From: an uncultured virus (IMG/VR IMGVR_UViG_3300005460_000001)
Lineage: Duplodnaviria > Heunggongvirae > Uroviricota > Caudoviricetes
Length of the DNA stretch: 64,000 nt
IMG/VR virus record: IMGVR_UViG_3300005460_000001
Span: 62,001-126,000 of that record
Strand: one strand, 5' to 3'
Shown here: positions 39,187 through 49,956 of the stretch, piece by piece
Numbering within the stretch: position 1 is the stretch's first letter
How the letters are laid out: every line of letters begins with the position of its first letter
Notes under the pieces: model-generated
The model's database searches: none
What the model was told of the DNA's origin: nothing
What the model saw: only the letters and a program-made list of their open reading frames with translations
Position numbers and translations under genes: made by a program

Positions 39187-39972
39187 ATGAGTAAATGTGT
39201 TTTAATCATGGGAAAGACTTGCTCTGGTAAAGATTATACCATGAATAGAATATTAAAGGACTATGGAGATAAATTTCATAAGGCACTTCAACATACTACC
39301 AGGCCCATGCGTGATGGAGAAGAGAATTTAAAAGATTATATTTTTCATTCTCATTTCCCATTAGAAGAAAATGTTGTTCCTTATTCTTTCGATGACGATA
39401 TGCCCTTTCAATATCTTAGGGTTAGGGATAAAAATTATGAAAGAAGAACTTTTAGAACTAATCACGGAGATTGGGATTATTGGACAGATTTTTCTGAGTT
39501 TGATAAAGATAAGACTAATATAATAATAGGAGATTATCATATGTGTAACGCATATTATGAGCAGTTCTCTGATTTTAAAATATTATATAATATCTCATCA
39601 GATTCAGACAGATTGCAAAGGTATTTATGTAGAACTGATAATACCATGCATCAATATGATGAAATTTGTCGTAGAAATAGAAGGGATGATTTTGACCATA
39701 AACATTTCTTTAATGTAAATCTGAAACCAGATTTAACTCCAATTTGTATTTTGGTTGGGGATATCGACCCGACTGAGTACGTACCAAGCCTGTTAGCAGA
39801 AAAGTCTATTATGTCTCATGTGTTTTATCATGATAAGAATGGAAAACTTCAAAAATTTCATTTTTATAAAAATCATGTTGAATATAATCATGAGGATAAT
39901 ATCCTCATGATTGGGGACAAGATTATAGACTTCTATACCTTAGAAGTAAGAGAAAACACTAAACTATTATAA
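39187..39972 (+). CDS. gmk: guanylate kinase-like nucleotide kinase
   Basis: P-loop GKTCSGKD; HTTRPMRDGE..DYIF. Confidence 0.75.
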   Translation: MSKCVLIMGKTCSGKDYTMNRILKDYGDKFHKALQHTTRPMRDGEENLKDYIFHSHFPLEENVVPYSFDDDMPFQYLRVRDKNYERRTFRTNHGDWDYWTDFSEFDKDKTNIIIGDYHMCNAYYEQFSDFKILYNISSDSDRLQRYLCRTDNTMHQYDEICRRNRRDDFDHKHFFNVNLKPDLTPICILVGDIDPTEYVPSLLAEKSIMSHVFYHDKNGKLQKFHFYKNHVEYNHEDNILMIGDKIIDFYTLEVRENTKLL

Positions 39973-40029
39973 ACTAAAATGGGGGTGGCGAGTCCACCCC
40001 CGTTATTTTTTATTTGGGAGGCTTTAATT

Positions 40030-40389
40030 ATGAGTACCGCATCATTATTATTTAGTATTATATCTGGGATATTATATGCTATTCTAATAATAAATAAATT
40101 CGACTGGATGAATGAGCAACTGTTTTATGTTATGGGTACAGTGTTACTTATATGCTTGGTAGGATTGATAGCATCAGTCAAAAATAATATAAGTTGTGTA
40201 AGTTCAGCTATAACTATAATGGTGGGATTTTTAGTATTAGGATTATTAGGTTACACGGCTGGTAAAATTATAGTAAGTGTGGTTAAACAATATAGCAATC
40301 CAATAAAATTATTATGGATTATTTTAATTGGAGTATTATGCTTGATTGACATAATAATTATGATTCTAAAATATAATAGCACCACATAG
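40030..40389 (+). CDS. multi-pass membrane protein
   Basis: GGAGG RBS, 4 hydrophobic segments. Confidence 0.65.
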   Translation: MSTASLLFSIISGILYAILIINKFDWMNEQLFYVMGTVLLICLVGLIASVKNNISCVSSAITIMVGFLVLGLLGYTAGKIIVSVVKQYSNPIKLLWIILIGVLCLIDIIIMILKYNSTT

Positions 40390-40416
40390 TATAATAGTGA
40401 AAGGAGGAAATACTAT

Positions 40417-40848
40417 ATGGATTTCAATAATTTAATCAAAGGCATGATCCGAAGGCACATGCTAAGTGATATAATATTGTTTTCTGCAGTCTCCGGAATA
40501 TTTCTGGGTCTAATGATAATACTAGTATACTCACTAAAATTAAAGGAGTTATATCCCATAAACATGTTGCTTTTTATAATAACGTTTTTATTGTTCATGA
40601 TATTTATAGGGCTAACACGAAACTCGATTAATCAGTTTTTAATCTTTAAAACAAATGCCAAATCTTTAAGCACGAAGTTAATTATTGGCACTTCTTTGCT
40701 ACTCGTATCCTTTATTCCGATTATAAAGATAAGTAGCGTTTTAACAGAAACTGGTAATGCATACTACTCGTTATTTTATATTCCAATTATATTATTTTGG
40801 ATAGGCGATATATCATATATGATAAATAGATATATGAAATTTAAATAA
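40417..40848 (+). CDS. multi-pass membrane protein
   Basis: AAGGAGG RBS, 4 hydrophobic segments. Confidence 0.65.
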   Translation: MDFNNLIKGMIRRHMLSDIILFSAVSGIFLGLMIILVYSLKLKELYPINMLLFIITFLLFMIFIGLTRNSINQFLIFKTNAKSLSTKLIIGTSLLLVSFIPIIKISSVLTETGNAYYSLFYIPIILFWIGDISYMINRYMKFK

Positions 40849-40863
40849 AGGAGGCTTCAATAA

Positions 40864-40959
40864 ATGGATTCAAATGATAAGTTTATAATTTGTTTAGGAA
40901 TAGTTTCACTGGTTGGGATGGCAGGAATGTTTATTTCGTATTTTATGGGACGGGTATAA
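40864..40959 (+). CDS. small membrane peptide (31 aa)
   Basis: AAGGAGG RBS; MDSNDKFIICLGIVSLVGMAGMFISYFMGRV*. Confidence 0.55.
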   Translation: MDSNDKFIICLGIVSLVGMAGMFISYFMGRV

Positions 40960-40962
40960 AAA

Positions 40963-42021
40963 ATGGATCCAGATAGCTTTATTCACGTATTTGAGTCAAA
41001 TGTAAAACCATTTGCTAATCCGGTTGCCGGGAGAACAGAAATAAATTGCCGGTGTTTTTATTGTTCTGATTCATCAAACCCGATTAAGGGGCATTTCTAT
41101 ATCAAGGTTCCTATACAAGAAAATGATATTCCATATTATTATTGCCAAAAGTGTCATGCTCAAGGAATAGTTACACAAAGTAAATTAATGGAATGGGGAA
41201 TCTATGATGGTTCGTTTGGAGTTGAATTGCAGTCGTATATTAACAAGTCTATGAAGGATGCGAAAAATTCTAAATTCTTATCTTCATTTGTCCAAATATT
41301 TAATGTAAGAAACACCTCTATACGAGACGATAAGTTATCCTTATATAAACTTGCATATATTAATAAAAGACTAGGCACAAATCTTACTCTCAAAGATTGT
41401 ATAGACAATAAAATAGTCTTAAATTTAGGAGACCTATTATCTGAAAATAGAGTAAAGGACCTGACAAGAGTTCCTAAAATAGTAGAGGCTCTCGATACCG
41501 CATTCGTAGGATTTTTATCATACGACAATGCATTTGTCACTTTGAGAAATTTAGAGTTGGAAAACTTTGATTTATATCAATCTATAAATAAGAGGTATAT
41601 AAATTATAATATATTTGGAAAGTTTGACAATACACTAAGATTCTATGTTCCTCCAGTGAATATAGACTTATTGAATCCAGAACCGATTGATATTAGACTT
41701 GCGGAAGGAGCATTTGATATACTCTCTATCAAATATAATATGATTAAAAATAATGGTAGAAATATATATGCTTCTGTAGGTGGAAGCAATTATAAAAGTT
41801 GCCTATACACATTATTGTCTGTAATCAAATTTCCTAATTTAAGAACACATTTTTATATGGATACAGATCAATTAAACAAAGATAGGTATATTCAAGACCT
41901 AGCAAATATATTACGCGCTTATAATGTACCCATGTATATTCACTCAAACAGTTTTCCTGGAAAGAAAGACTTTGGAGTACCAATAGAATGTATCAGAGAA
42001 TCTATAAGACAAATAATATAG
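40963..42021 (+). CDS. DNA primase (Zn finger + TOPRIM)
   Basis: CFYC...CQKC; AEGAFD; YMDTD; KDFG. Confidence 0.75.
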   Translation: MDPDSFIHVFESNVKPFANPVAGRTEINCRCFYCSDSSNPIKGHFYIKVPIQENDIPYYYCQKCHAQGIVTQSKLMEWGIYDGSFGVELQSYINKSMKDAKNSKFLSSFVQIFNVRNTSIRDDKLSLYKLAYINKRLGTNLTLKDCIDNKIVLNLGDLLSENRVKDLTRVPKIVEALDTAFVGFLSYDNAFVTLRNLELENFDLYQSINKRYINYNIFGKFDNTLRFYVPPVNIDLLNPEPIDIRLAEGAFDILSIKYNMIKNNGRNIYASVGGSNYKSCLYTLLSVIKFPNLRTHFYMDTDQLNKDRYIQDLANILRAYNVPMYIHSNSFPGKKDFGVPIECIRESIRQII

Positions 42022-42063
42022 GGGTAGGATTTATATCCTACCCCTTAATTTATTTTTTATGAT

Positions 42064-44109
42064 CTATACTAATACTCCCCTTGCTACAAGCGCATCGATG
42101 ATCTCATTCGTCTTAGCTATAACTGCAGTATTATCTGCATCTTCTGCTAATTTTTCAATAGTAGAAGCCGTTCCAGTTAAACCTTCTCCGGCATCGCCCT
42201 TCGGGCCTTGCTCTCCTGTTTCGCCTTGATCGCCCTTATCTCCCTTCGGACCTTGGATACCTTCAGAACCCGCTGGTCCTTGTGCTCCAGTTTCTCCTTT
42301 AAGCGAAGTTAAGAAGTCAGATACAGAACCAGTATTACCATTATTAATCCACAGGTCATATGCAGATTTACCATCCGTTCCCGCTTCACCTTGGTCTCCC
42401 TTCGGGCCCTGTGCTCCCGCTTGCCCAATAGGACCTTGTTCACCTTGAGGACCCACTTCACCAGTATCACCTTTCGGACCGGCCTCTCCGGTTTCTCCCT
42501 TGAGAGAAGCTAAGAACTCTGCGGTGGTACCAGAATTGCCTTCTTCTACCCAGAGATCATATGCAGATTTACCTTCCGGACCTTGTGCTCCGGTTTCGCC
42601 CTGGATACCTTGTTCGCCTTGATCGCCCTTATCTCCCTTCGGACCTTGGATACCTTCAGCTCCATCTTTACCCGCAGGACCAGTTTCACCAGTATCACCT
42701 TTCGGACCTGCTGGACCTTGGATACCTTGCTCGCCCTGAGGACCTACTTCTCCAGTATCTCCCTTAGGGCCGGCTGGACCTTGGATACCCTGTTCACCCT
42801 GAGGACCTACTTCTCCAGTATCACCCTTAGGACCTGCTGGACCCTGGGGTCCTACTTCACCAGTGTCTCCCTTAGGACCTTGGATACCCTGTTCACCCTG
42901 GATACCCTGCTCACCTTTATCACCTTTATCTCCCTTCGGTCCTTGAAGATGTCCAACATTGGAAAATTCAAGGGCTTCTTCGTCCCATACATATAGATCA
43001 CCATTTACAAGATAGCCATCGCCTTCAACCCCTTCTTTAGGCAGCTCTTCTACAGAAGCCGCGGTTCCTCTAATGGTTACGGATGTACCGTCATCGCCTT
43101 TATCACCTTTATCACCTTTAGGCCCTTGAATACCTTGTTCACCCTGAGGACCTACTTCTCCAGTATCACCCTTAGGACCTGCTGGACCCTGAGGACCTAC
43201 TTCTCCAGTATCTCCCTTAGGGCCGGCTGGACCTTGGATACCCTGTTCACCCTGAGGACCTACTTCTCCAGTATCACCCTTAGGACCTGCCGGACCTTGG
43301 ATACCCTGTTCACCCTGCTCGCCTTGTTCTCCCTTAGGTCCTTGGGCGCCAGTTTCACCTTGAGCTCCAGTAGGACCTTGAGGACCCACTTCTCCTTGGT
43401 CACCTTTGTCACCTTTAGGGCCCTGAATACCTTGTTCACCCTGCGGGCCTACAATTCCTTGAGGACCCACTTCACCTTGATCACCTTTATCTCCCTTTGG
43501 CCCTTGGATACCTTGCTCGCCTTGTTCTCCCTTAGGTCCTTGGGTTCCTTGTGCACCTTTAATGCTGAACAACAGGGAACTAACAGTGACAGAATCTTCA
43601 GTTGTAGAGATTATTTGCCGTACCGTGCCGTCCGGAGCAAGAATATGATCATATGCTTTGATATTGTATGGCGACCTGATATCAGTAAGCTTAATGGTAT
43701 CATTATCAGATACTTCTACCATAGATACATATATAGCATATCCAGTATCACCCTTATCGCCTTTCGGACCAGGGTCACCAATCATACCCTTTTCTCCCTG
43801 CTCGCCTTGTTCTCCCTGAGGGCCTACTTCACCGGCGGGCCCCTGAGCTCCTCTAGGAATAGTAAGGTTAAGCTTGCCGTTGACAATTTCAGCAGCAGCG
43901 GTATCGCCTTCTGTAACTTCTCCAATTTCAATTTCAGGGATTACGATTATATTACCGTCGGAATCTATTATTCCGCCTGACTTTGCAGCTTGAGCAATAC
44001 CGTCTTCCATATGATCGAGCTTTTCCTTAGTAAGAAAGGCATCCGGCTGATCAGCATCCGGAAGATTAGGATCATAACTAGTCCATTTGTTTTTAATGTA
44101 TTCGCTCAT
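42064..44109 (-). CDS. collagen-like fibre protein (probable head fibre)
   Basis: long Gly-X-Y tracts; C-terminal AVIAKTNEIIDALVARG head-fibre-like helix; late promoter 44154-44165. Confidence 0.75.
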   Translation of the reverse strand: MSEYIKNKWTSYDPNLPDADQPDAFLTKEKLDHMEDGIAQAAKSGGIIDSDGNIIVIPEIEIGEVTEGDTAAAEIVNGKLNLTIPRGAQGPAGEVGPQGEQGEQGEKGMIGDPGPKGDKGDTGYAIYVSMVEVSDNDTIKLTDIRSPYNIKAYDHILAPDGTVRQIISTTEDSVTVSSLLFSIKGAQGTQGPKGEQGEQGIQGPKGDKGDQGEVGPQGIVGPQGEQGIQGPKGDKGDQGEVGPQGPTGAQGETGAQGPKGEQGEQGEQGIQGPAGPKGDTGEVGPQGEQGIQGPAGPKGDTGEVGPQGPAGPKGDTGEVGPQGEQGIQGPKGDKGDKGDDGTSVTIRGTAASVEELPKEGVEGDGYLVNGDLYVWDEEALEFSNVGHLQGPKGDKGDKGEQGIQGEQGIQGPKGDTGEVGPQGPAGPKGDTGEVGPQGEQGIQGPAGPKGDTGEVGPQGEQGIQGPAGPKGDTGETGPAGKDGAEGIQGPKGDKGDQGEQGIQGETGAQGPEGKSAYDLWVEEGNSGTTAEFLASLKGETGEAGPKGDTGEVGPQGEQGPIGQAGAQGPKGDQGEAGTDGKSAYDLWINNGNTGSVSDFLTSLKGETGAQGPAGSEGIQGPKGDKGDQGETGEQGPKGDAGEGLTGTASTIEKLAEDADNTAVIAKTNEIIDALVARGVLV
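42660..43550 (-). repeat. internal near-identical tandem repeats encoding collagen units (GPKGDTGEVGPQGEQGIQGPA)
   Basis: repeated 27-54-nt blocks. Confidence 0.85.
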
Positions 44110-44247
44110 TAATTATATCCTCCTTATAATATTTTAGCAATATTGATATCGCTTACTTACATGTTTTGAGTAACCGCTATATGTCTGGATGCGTCCATTA
44201 ACGAAGGAAAACATCAAGTTAATTAATAAGAAAGGAGAATAATTCTT

Positions 44248-45471
44248 ATGGGAGGGAAATTCATCAATACAGAACACAAAGAGTCTATAGATACTCTAGT
44301 TACAGGAGTTAAAGATATATTAAAAAATCCGTATTATAGATGGAATGATAAATCTGGTACTCCGGTAACTTACTTTAATCAAAACACTGAAAAATCTACA
44401 TTAGATACTTCTACTAAATTGTATTATCAAGACGTAGGTTTAGCAAGTCCTATATATTATAATATAATCAAAGACTTCATGCTTTATGGTATAGAACAAA
44501 TAGCAATACAGATGGTAAATGATGAATTTGGACCAGAAGCATCTGAGATATCCGGAGAGGCTATTATACTTCCCAATACCATAACTCCTTATGTAGGAGA
44601 CTATTTTAATATAGATTATACAGAAGAAAAGTTATTATTCAAGATAAACGATGTGTCTCCAGATACATTGGAAAACGGATCTAATATATATAAGGTTCAA
44701 TATAAATTAGAGTCAGCCCGACTCGAAGAAATACTAGAAGAGCAGAATATAGCAAACCACTATCATATGGTGATAAATAATGTAGGGACAAAGTTGAATC
44801 CTATTATTAGAGATGAGCACTATAATATAATTAAAAGATTGGATCAGGTATTATTTAATCTAAGATTATATTATAAATCTACATTCTATAACTCAAGGGT
44901 ACAGACGTTTATTTTTTGCCATAATGGATATAGATTTTATGATTCATATATGATAGAATTCTTGAAAGAGCACGATCTTCTCAATTCAGAAGACGCTGAT
45001 AATGAATATGTATATATTAGTCACGCTTTAAATTTACCTGCTACATTTCCTATAAAGTATAATAAATCTTTTTTTGCCTGTTTGGAGAAAAAGGATAAGA
45101 ACAATGTAAGAGCGTATGAGTATCGAGGGTTGTCTAAGTATATAGACCAACCCCTTACTATATTTAGCACTAGAAAAGAAGAATATTTTAGCATAGAACA
45201 CGAAACACACTCATTCAATGTGAATGATGTAATTCCGTGTTTTAAGGATGAAATGATAACAGCAATTGAAAATGATACTATATTGGGAGGAGAAAATTCT
45301 TTATATAATATTATAGTCAAGTATTTTAATAATAAAGATTTAACACAAGAAGATATAGATGCATTAGAAATGATAGATTTTTATGATAGCGTATATTTAT
45401 TTTATGCTATTCCATGTATTTTATATTGTATAGAAAATTACGTCATATCTCTAGTGAATACTGACGTGTAA
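44248..45471 (+). CDS. probable virion structural protein
   Basis: late promoter 44210-44221; RBS; structural context. Confidence 0.55.
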   Translation: MGGKFINTEHKESIDTLVTGVKDILKNPYYRWNDKSGTPVTYFNQNTEKSTLDTSTKLYYQDVGLASPIYYNIIKDFMLYGIEQIAIQMVNDEFGPEASEISGEAIILPNTITPYVGDYFNIDYTEEKLLFKINDVSPDTLENGSNIYKVQYKLESARLEEILEEQNIANHYHMVINNVGTKLNPIIRDEHYNIIKRLDQVLFNLRLYYKSTFYNSRVQTFIFCHNGYRFYDSYMIEFLKEHDLLNSEDADNEYVYISHALNLPATFPIKYNKSFFACLEKKDKNNVRAYEYRGLSKYIDQPLTIFSTRKEEYFSIEHETHSFNVNDVIPCFKDEMITAIENDTILGGENSLYNIIVKYFNNKDLTQEDIDALEMIDFYDSVYLFYAIPCILYCIENYVISLVNTDV

Positions 45472-45523
45472 CATTTTATTAAGCTTATAAAAAGCTAATA
45501 TTATGAAAGGGGAATATTTTTTA

Positions 45524-46483
45524 ATGGCTGGTTATAAGAAACAGGAATGGACTGTTTACGATGAATCAATACCAGATATACAGCAGCCGAATTCTTTTAT
45601 CACGAAAGCCAAATTAGACCATATTGAATTAGGTCTAGAAGCTGCCATTACTGATTTGCAAATCGGTGATATAAACGAAGGATTAGAGCCTAAAGTTGAG
45701 ATAATCACCTCTAAAGAAGATTCAACTGTAAAGCTTTTAACTTTTACGTTTAGACACAATGCAAATTGGTTATTCTCCGAAAAGGAATTATTAAATAATT
45801 CTACAGCTCCCGTTGGATCTGTTCCTGGTGATATTTTTCTAGACGCAAAAGGAAATGTGTTTAAAGTAGTTCTTATTGATACTGGAGAATATAGGCTGAA
45901 TTACATGATGAATATCACTGGTAAGACTGGTATGAGTGGACCTGCTGGTCCAGAAGGATTACCGGGTAAAGATGGTAAAGACGGAGAACCTGGTAGAAAT
46001 GGGACTAGAATTATTTGGGGTAATGGAAACCTCGTGGAGGGAGATCTTGCTCCTGCTACTGCTGAAATTGATGATTTTGTCTTAGACAGCGAAGGTGACA
46101 TATTTCAAGTAGAAGAGGATATGCTTCTTCATAAACGTCTTAATATTAGAGGCGCAGATGGAGAAGATGCTACCAATGATTTTACTCTCAAGATTGGAGA
46201 AGTTACAGTAGGAGACACTGCGTCTGCTGAGATTGTAAATGGGAATACTCTAAATCTTACTATTCCTAGAGGCGAAACTGGAGCCGCTGGGATTCCTGGA
46301 ACTAATGGGGTAGATGGTAAAGATGGAGAAAAAGGTGAACCCGGAGAAGTCGGACCTTCTGGTAAAGATGGCATTGGTATAGAAAATATAACAGCTGATC
46401 TTGATTCCGATGGGAAAACTATAGTATTCACATTTCAATTATCTGATGGTAATGAGAAAACTGCTGCTGTAACTTTACCATGA
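45524..46483 (+). CDS. collagen-like fibre protein
   Basis: Gly-X-Y tracts; N-terminus shared with 42064-44109; late promoter 45470-45481. Confidence 0.7.
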   Translation: MAGYKKQEWTVYDESIPDIQQPNSFITKAKLDHIELGLEAAITDLQIGDINEGLEPKVEIITSKEDSTVKLLTFTFRHNANWLFSEKELLNNSTAPVGSVPGDIFLDAKGNVFKVVLIDTGEYRLNYMMNITGKTGMSGPAGPEGLPGKDGKDGEPGRNGTRIIWGNGNLVEGDLAPATAEIDDFVLDSEGDIFQVEEDMLLHKRLNIRGADGEDATNDFTLKIGEVTVGDTASAEIVNGNTLNLTIPRGETGAAGIPGTNGVDGKDGEKGEPGEVGPSGKDGIGIENITADLDSDGKTIVFTFQLSDGNEKTAAVTLP

Positions 46484-46509
46484 TTTTATAATGAAATGAG
46501 GTGAATAAA

Positions 46510-47253
46510 ATGGCATCTAATTATGATAAGAATAAGTGGGAGTTGTTCGACCCTTTAAGGCCAAATGAAGAACAAGTCCATTCATTCATAACAAAGCGAA
46601 AGCTTGAACATATGGAAGAAGGCATAGAACTAGCCAATATTCCGTTTGAGGTGGGAAAGATCGAATCTGGAAGTCAAGCAAATGCTACTATTACAGAGGA
46701 AAATGGTAAACGATTGTTAAATATCGTATTCCCTCCTGCTGGAAAGGGAGAAGACGGATCACCGGGTCAGTCCGCTTATGATGTATGGCTTGCTTTAGGA
46801 AACAGTGGAACAGAACAAGAGTTCCTTGATTATCTTAAGGGGATCGATGGAGTGGATGGTAAAGACGGAGCACCCGGAAGAGATGGTGCGGATGGACCTA
46901 AGGGAGATTCTGCTTATCAGATTTGGTTATCAATGGGGAATATGGGTTCTGAAGAGGACTTCATTAATTCTATACGCGGTGCCAAAGGAGAAACCGGTAA
47001 AGGAATGTATGTATCAACAGTAGCTATTAACGATGGTAGCACTATTGCTAGATCAGACATTATCTCTGGAACTAGCGTTATTATTGGCGATACCTTAGTT
47101 GACCCATATGGAAACGTATATTCTGTTTCTTCATTTACTGGTACTACAGTAACGGTAGGACAAGTACTGTTCTCCATTAAAGGCGAAACCGGTCCACAAG
47201 GCCCAGCTGCTCCAGAAACAGACAAATCTAAATTTGTAAAATTTGGAGGGTAA
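46510..47253 (+). CDS. collagen-like fibre protein
   Basis: same N-terminal motif; G.SAY..W...GN.G.E.EF repeats. Confidence 0.7.
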   Translation: MASNYDKNKWELFDPLRPNEEQVHSFITKRKLEHMEEGIELANIPFEVGKIESGSQANATITEENGKRLLNIVFPPAGKGEDGSPGQSAYDVWLALGNSGTEQEFLDYLKGIDGVDGKDGAPGRDGADGPKGDSAYQIWLSMGNMGSEEDFINSIRGAKGETGKGMYVSTVAINDGSTIARSDIISGTSVIIGDTLVDPYGNVYSVSSFTGTTVTVGQVLFSIKGETGPQGPAAPETDKSKFVKFGG

Positions 47254-47255
47254 AA

Positions 47256-47679
47256 ATGAGCATTGGAAATATAAATACAAATAACCCCATGGGGGGGGCA
47301 AATTGAAATTATAGCTAAAGATTATAATTATGGTTTTAAAGCAGGAGATATCATAACTATTGAAAACGATAAATCTGTCTATGATTATAACATGATCATT
47401 TTTAAAATAAATAGTAATTTGTATCCATTTAGTGTGCCTAAAGCAGAAAATATTAATAGGTTCATAAGTGATTCTCTTACATATACTATTCCGATAGTAG
47501 ATAGCACGCTTATAGGTGATCGAGTTGGTTATGTACCGTCTGCTATATTATTTGCAATCTCTACCAATGGAAAAAGTATAACTCTTAATGAAGACTCATT
47601 TAAAGCGTGTGTATACACTCCAAATGGAATGATGAATTTATACATGGGTACAATAGAAAAAATATATGGAATAAAATAA
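47256..47679 (+). pseudogene. small tail/receptor-binding-like gene frameshifted at G8 tract (47291-47298)
   Basis: MSIGNINTNNPMGG then stop; shifted frame QIEIIAKDYNYG... is open to 47679. Confidence 0.7.
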
Positions 47680-47703
47680 ATAAAGCAAAGGAGAAACAAA
47701 CCA

Positions 47704-49815
47704 ATGGCAAAAAATGCAATTAATATTGGACGCGGCCCAAAATCAGCAATTGAAGCAGCTATTACTTCTAAAAAGTTGGGGCCATTAGACTTTGTCGTTA
47801 CTAAAGAGGAGGACGGAACTGGTGGAGAACTTGTGCTTGTAGATGAAGATTCATCTCAAGTATTAGTAACACCGAGAACACAAAACGATATCCAAGTTAC
47901 TGGAGAGATCGGTGCTGGATTAAAACAGGCAAAGACACTTCCGGCCGGCGCAACCCTTGATGATTTTGCGGCAGCATTGCTAGAAAACCCTGTTGGAACA
48001 AAGGTTACACTAACCCCTAACACAGATTCAGACTATAAAATATATGGCGATGGCCTTGACCGTTCTTACATAAAGACAGTTTATATAAAATCTAGTGGAT
48101 CAACAGATCTTGGCGATGTAGATTTTCAAATAGACTCAAATGTAGATGAGATAGCGAATGGTACTGTTTGTCTTGATCACAGTGCTAATATTCGTAATTT
48201 TAATTCAGATACTAAAGAATGGGATCAGCATGGTATTACGCCAGGTAATACATATGTTCCTAACAGACTTGGTTTACATGTTATTTATGCTATATTCAGC
48301 AGCATTGACGGTGTAAAAAATTTAAAATCAAACAAATTATATATCGAGTTGAAGTTCCCAGAAGTATTTGATGATTATACAGCAGTTGAATCTTTAGCTG
48401 CATCACATCCAGATATGTATGCTGGGCAAACTGTTAAGGTTAAAAATGCTGACGGTACTATTAGTGTTTATACCCTTGAAGAATCTAGCGAAGAAGGAAA
48501 GAACTTCAAATTAGTTGCTATGGCTACTGCAAGTGGAGCAGATGGCGTGAAGACAATCACAGCTTCAGAAAAAGGTTCTAACCGTGTAGTTGTGCAGCGT
48601 ACAGAAGGTAGTGAAACTAAATCTAGCGTGATTGCTATTCCTGGTGCTGTATATGATCCGGACTTTAATAATGAAACTGGGGCTCTTACGTTTAAGAAAG
48701 CTACAGACGCTGCGCATGAAGAAGGTACCGACGATGAGACAGTAACAATTGATCTCTCTTCTCTTAAGGATGATCATAATGCTGTAACTAGGGTGGCTTA
48801 TCCAACCAAGACGGAAGGAGAAAACGCTATAACTGATACTAAAGGACTTGAAGTTGTTACTCATACCGCGGGGCAAACCCCGGATGTTAAACAGCTGATT
48901 CCTATTGGAACAGTAGAAGGAGTTACGCTGTCTGATACAGCAGAGGTTCCTACTTTAGTGACGCATAAGAATAAAGTTACCGAAGATGGAACCGGATTCG
49001 AGGAGTCTTCTGAGAGTATAGCACTTGCAGGGATAGCATTTGGTCCTACATTTGATCAGAATACCGGCACATTTACTGTAGATTTTACGAATAATGCTGG
49101 AGAGAAGCAAACAATTGAGCTGAAAATAAAAGAAATTACCAAGACGGTAATTCCGACCGGAGGCGTATCTAATCCGTCTTATGATGCTGAGACAAGAACT
49201 ATTACTCTTCCGGTGCAGAAAGAAGACGGCACTGCAGAAAATCTTATAATTGCCCTTGGCAAAGATCTTGTTGTCAGTAGCGGTAGATATGATACAACTA
49301 CACAGGAAATCGTTCTTGTTCTGAATAATGATTCTGAAGTAAAGATTCCTGCTGCAGCCCTTGTAGATGTATATACCGGAAAAGAGACAACCACTGCAAA
49401 GGTTACTGTAAGTCAGACCAATGAGATATCAGTAAATGTCAAGGTTGCTACAAGAGAGGGCGGAAACCTTCTTAAAGTAGATGCTACCGAGGGAGAAGGT
49501 GCTGGTGGTCTCTATGTAGATCCAGCAGATTTTGCTACAGATGAGAAGACCATAGAGTCTATTACTCAGATTGTAACTGAAAGAGTGGTAGGAGAAATGA
49601 TGGGACCGGTTGATCCAGACCCGGAAAATCCCGATGCCCCGACAGAGCAGCCGGTCAAGGTTAAAGACTATGTAGACAATAGCATTAACGATGCTACTGG
49701 TTTGGAAGGCGTAACAAACGAGGATGGCTCTCAAATGAACGTTAAAGATTACGTAGATTCTCAAACCCTTACGGTAACAAGTAAATTTGTTAACTTTGGG
49801 GGGGGGGGTCAGTAA
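47704..49815 (+). CDS. virion fibre/decoration protein with repeated beta-rich modules
   Basis: 703 aa, T/G/E-rich; G11 tract at the 3' end. Confidence 0.65.
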   Translation: MAKNAINIGRGPKSAIEAAITSKKLGPLDFVVTKEEDGTGGELVLVDEDSSQVLVTPRTQNDIQVTGEIGAGLKQAKTLPAGATLDDFAAALLENPVGTKVTLTPNTDSDYKIYGDGLDRSYIKTVYIKSSGSTDLGDVDFQIDSNVDEIANGTVCLDHSANIRNFNSDTKEWDQHGITPGNTYVPNRLGLHVIYAIFSSIDGVKNLKSNKLYIELKFPEVFDDYTAVESLAASHPDMYAGQTVKVKNADGTISVYTLEESSEEGKNFKLVAMATASGADGVKTITASEKGSNRVVVQRTEGSETKSSVIAIPGAVYDPDFNNETGALTFKKATDAAHEEGTDDETVTIDLSSLKDDHNAVTRVAYPTKTEGENAITDTKGLEVVTHTAGQTPDVKQLIPIGTVEGVTLSDTAEVPTLVTHKNKVTEDGTGFEESSESIALAGIAFGPTFDQNTGTFTVDFTNNAGEKQTIELKIKEITKTVIPTGGVSNPSYDAETRTITLPVQKEDGTAENLIIALGKDLVVSSGRYDTTTQEIVLVLNNDSEVKIPAAALVDVYTGKETTTAKVTVSQTNEISVNVKVATREGGNLLKVDATEGEGAGGLYVDPADFATDEKTIESITQIVTERVVGEMMGPVDPDPENPDAPTEQPVKVKDYVDNSINDATGLEGVTNEDGSQMNVKDYVDSQTLTVTSKFVNFGGGGQ

Positions 49816-49956
49816 CTAATCCTGACCCGTTGCCACCAGAGAATTGGTACGGCTAAAGTAAAACCATTTCATTTATAGAACTATAAAATAATAATGCTCA
49901 GTGGTTCGGTTCTGAGCCACTGAGTTTTAAATTTTTGAAAACGAGGTGAAAATCAA

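Noticed and set aside
42660..43550. Regular repeats resembling an array
   Set aside because: In-frame collagen coding repeats with no unique spacers; not CRISPR.
42583..43980. Long + strand ORFs opposite the collagen gene
   Set aside because: Antisense shadows of Gly-X-Y repeats.
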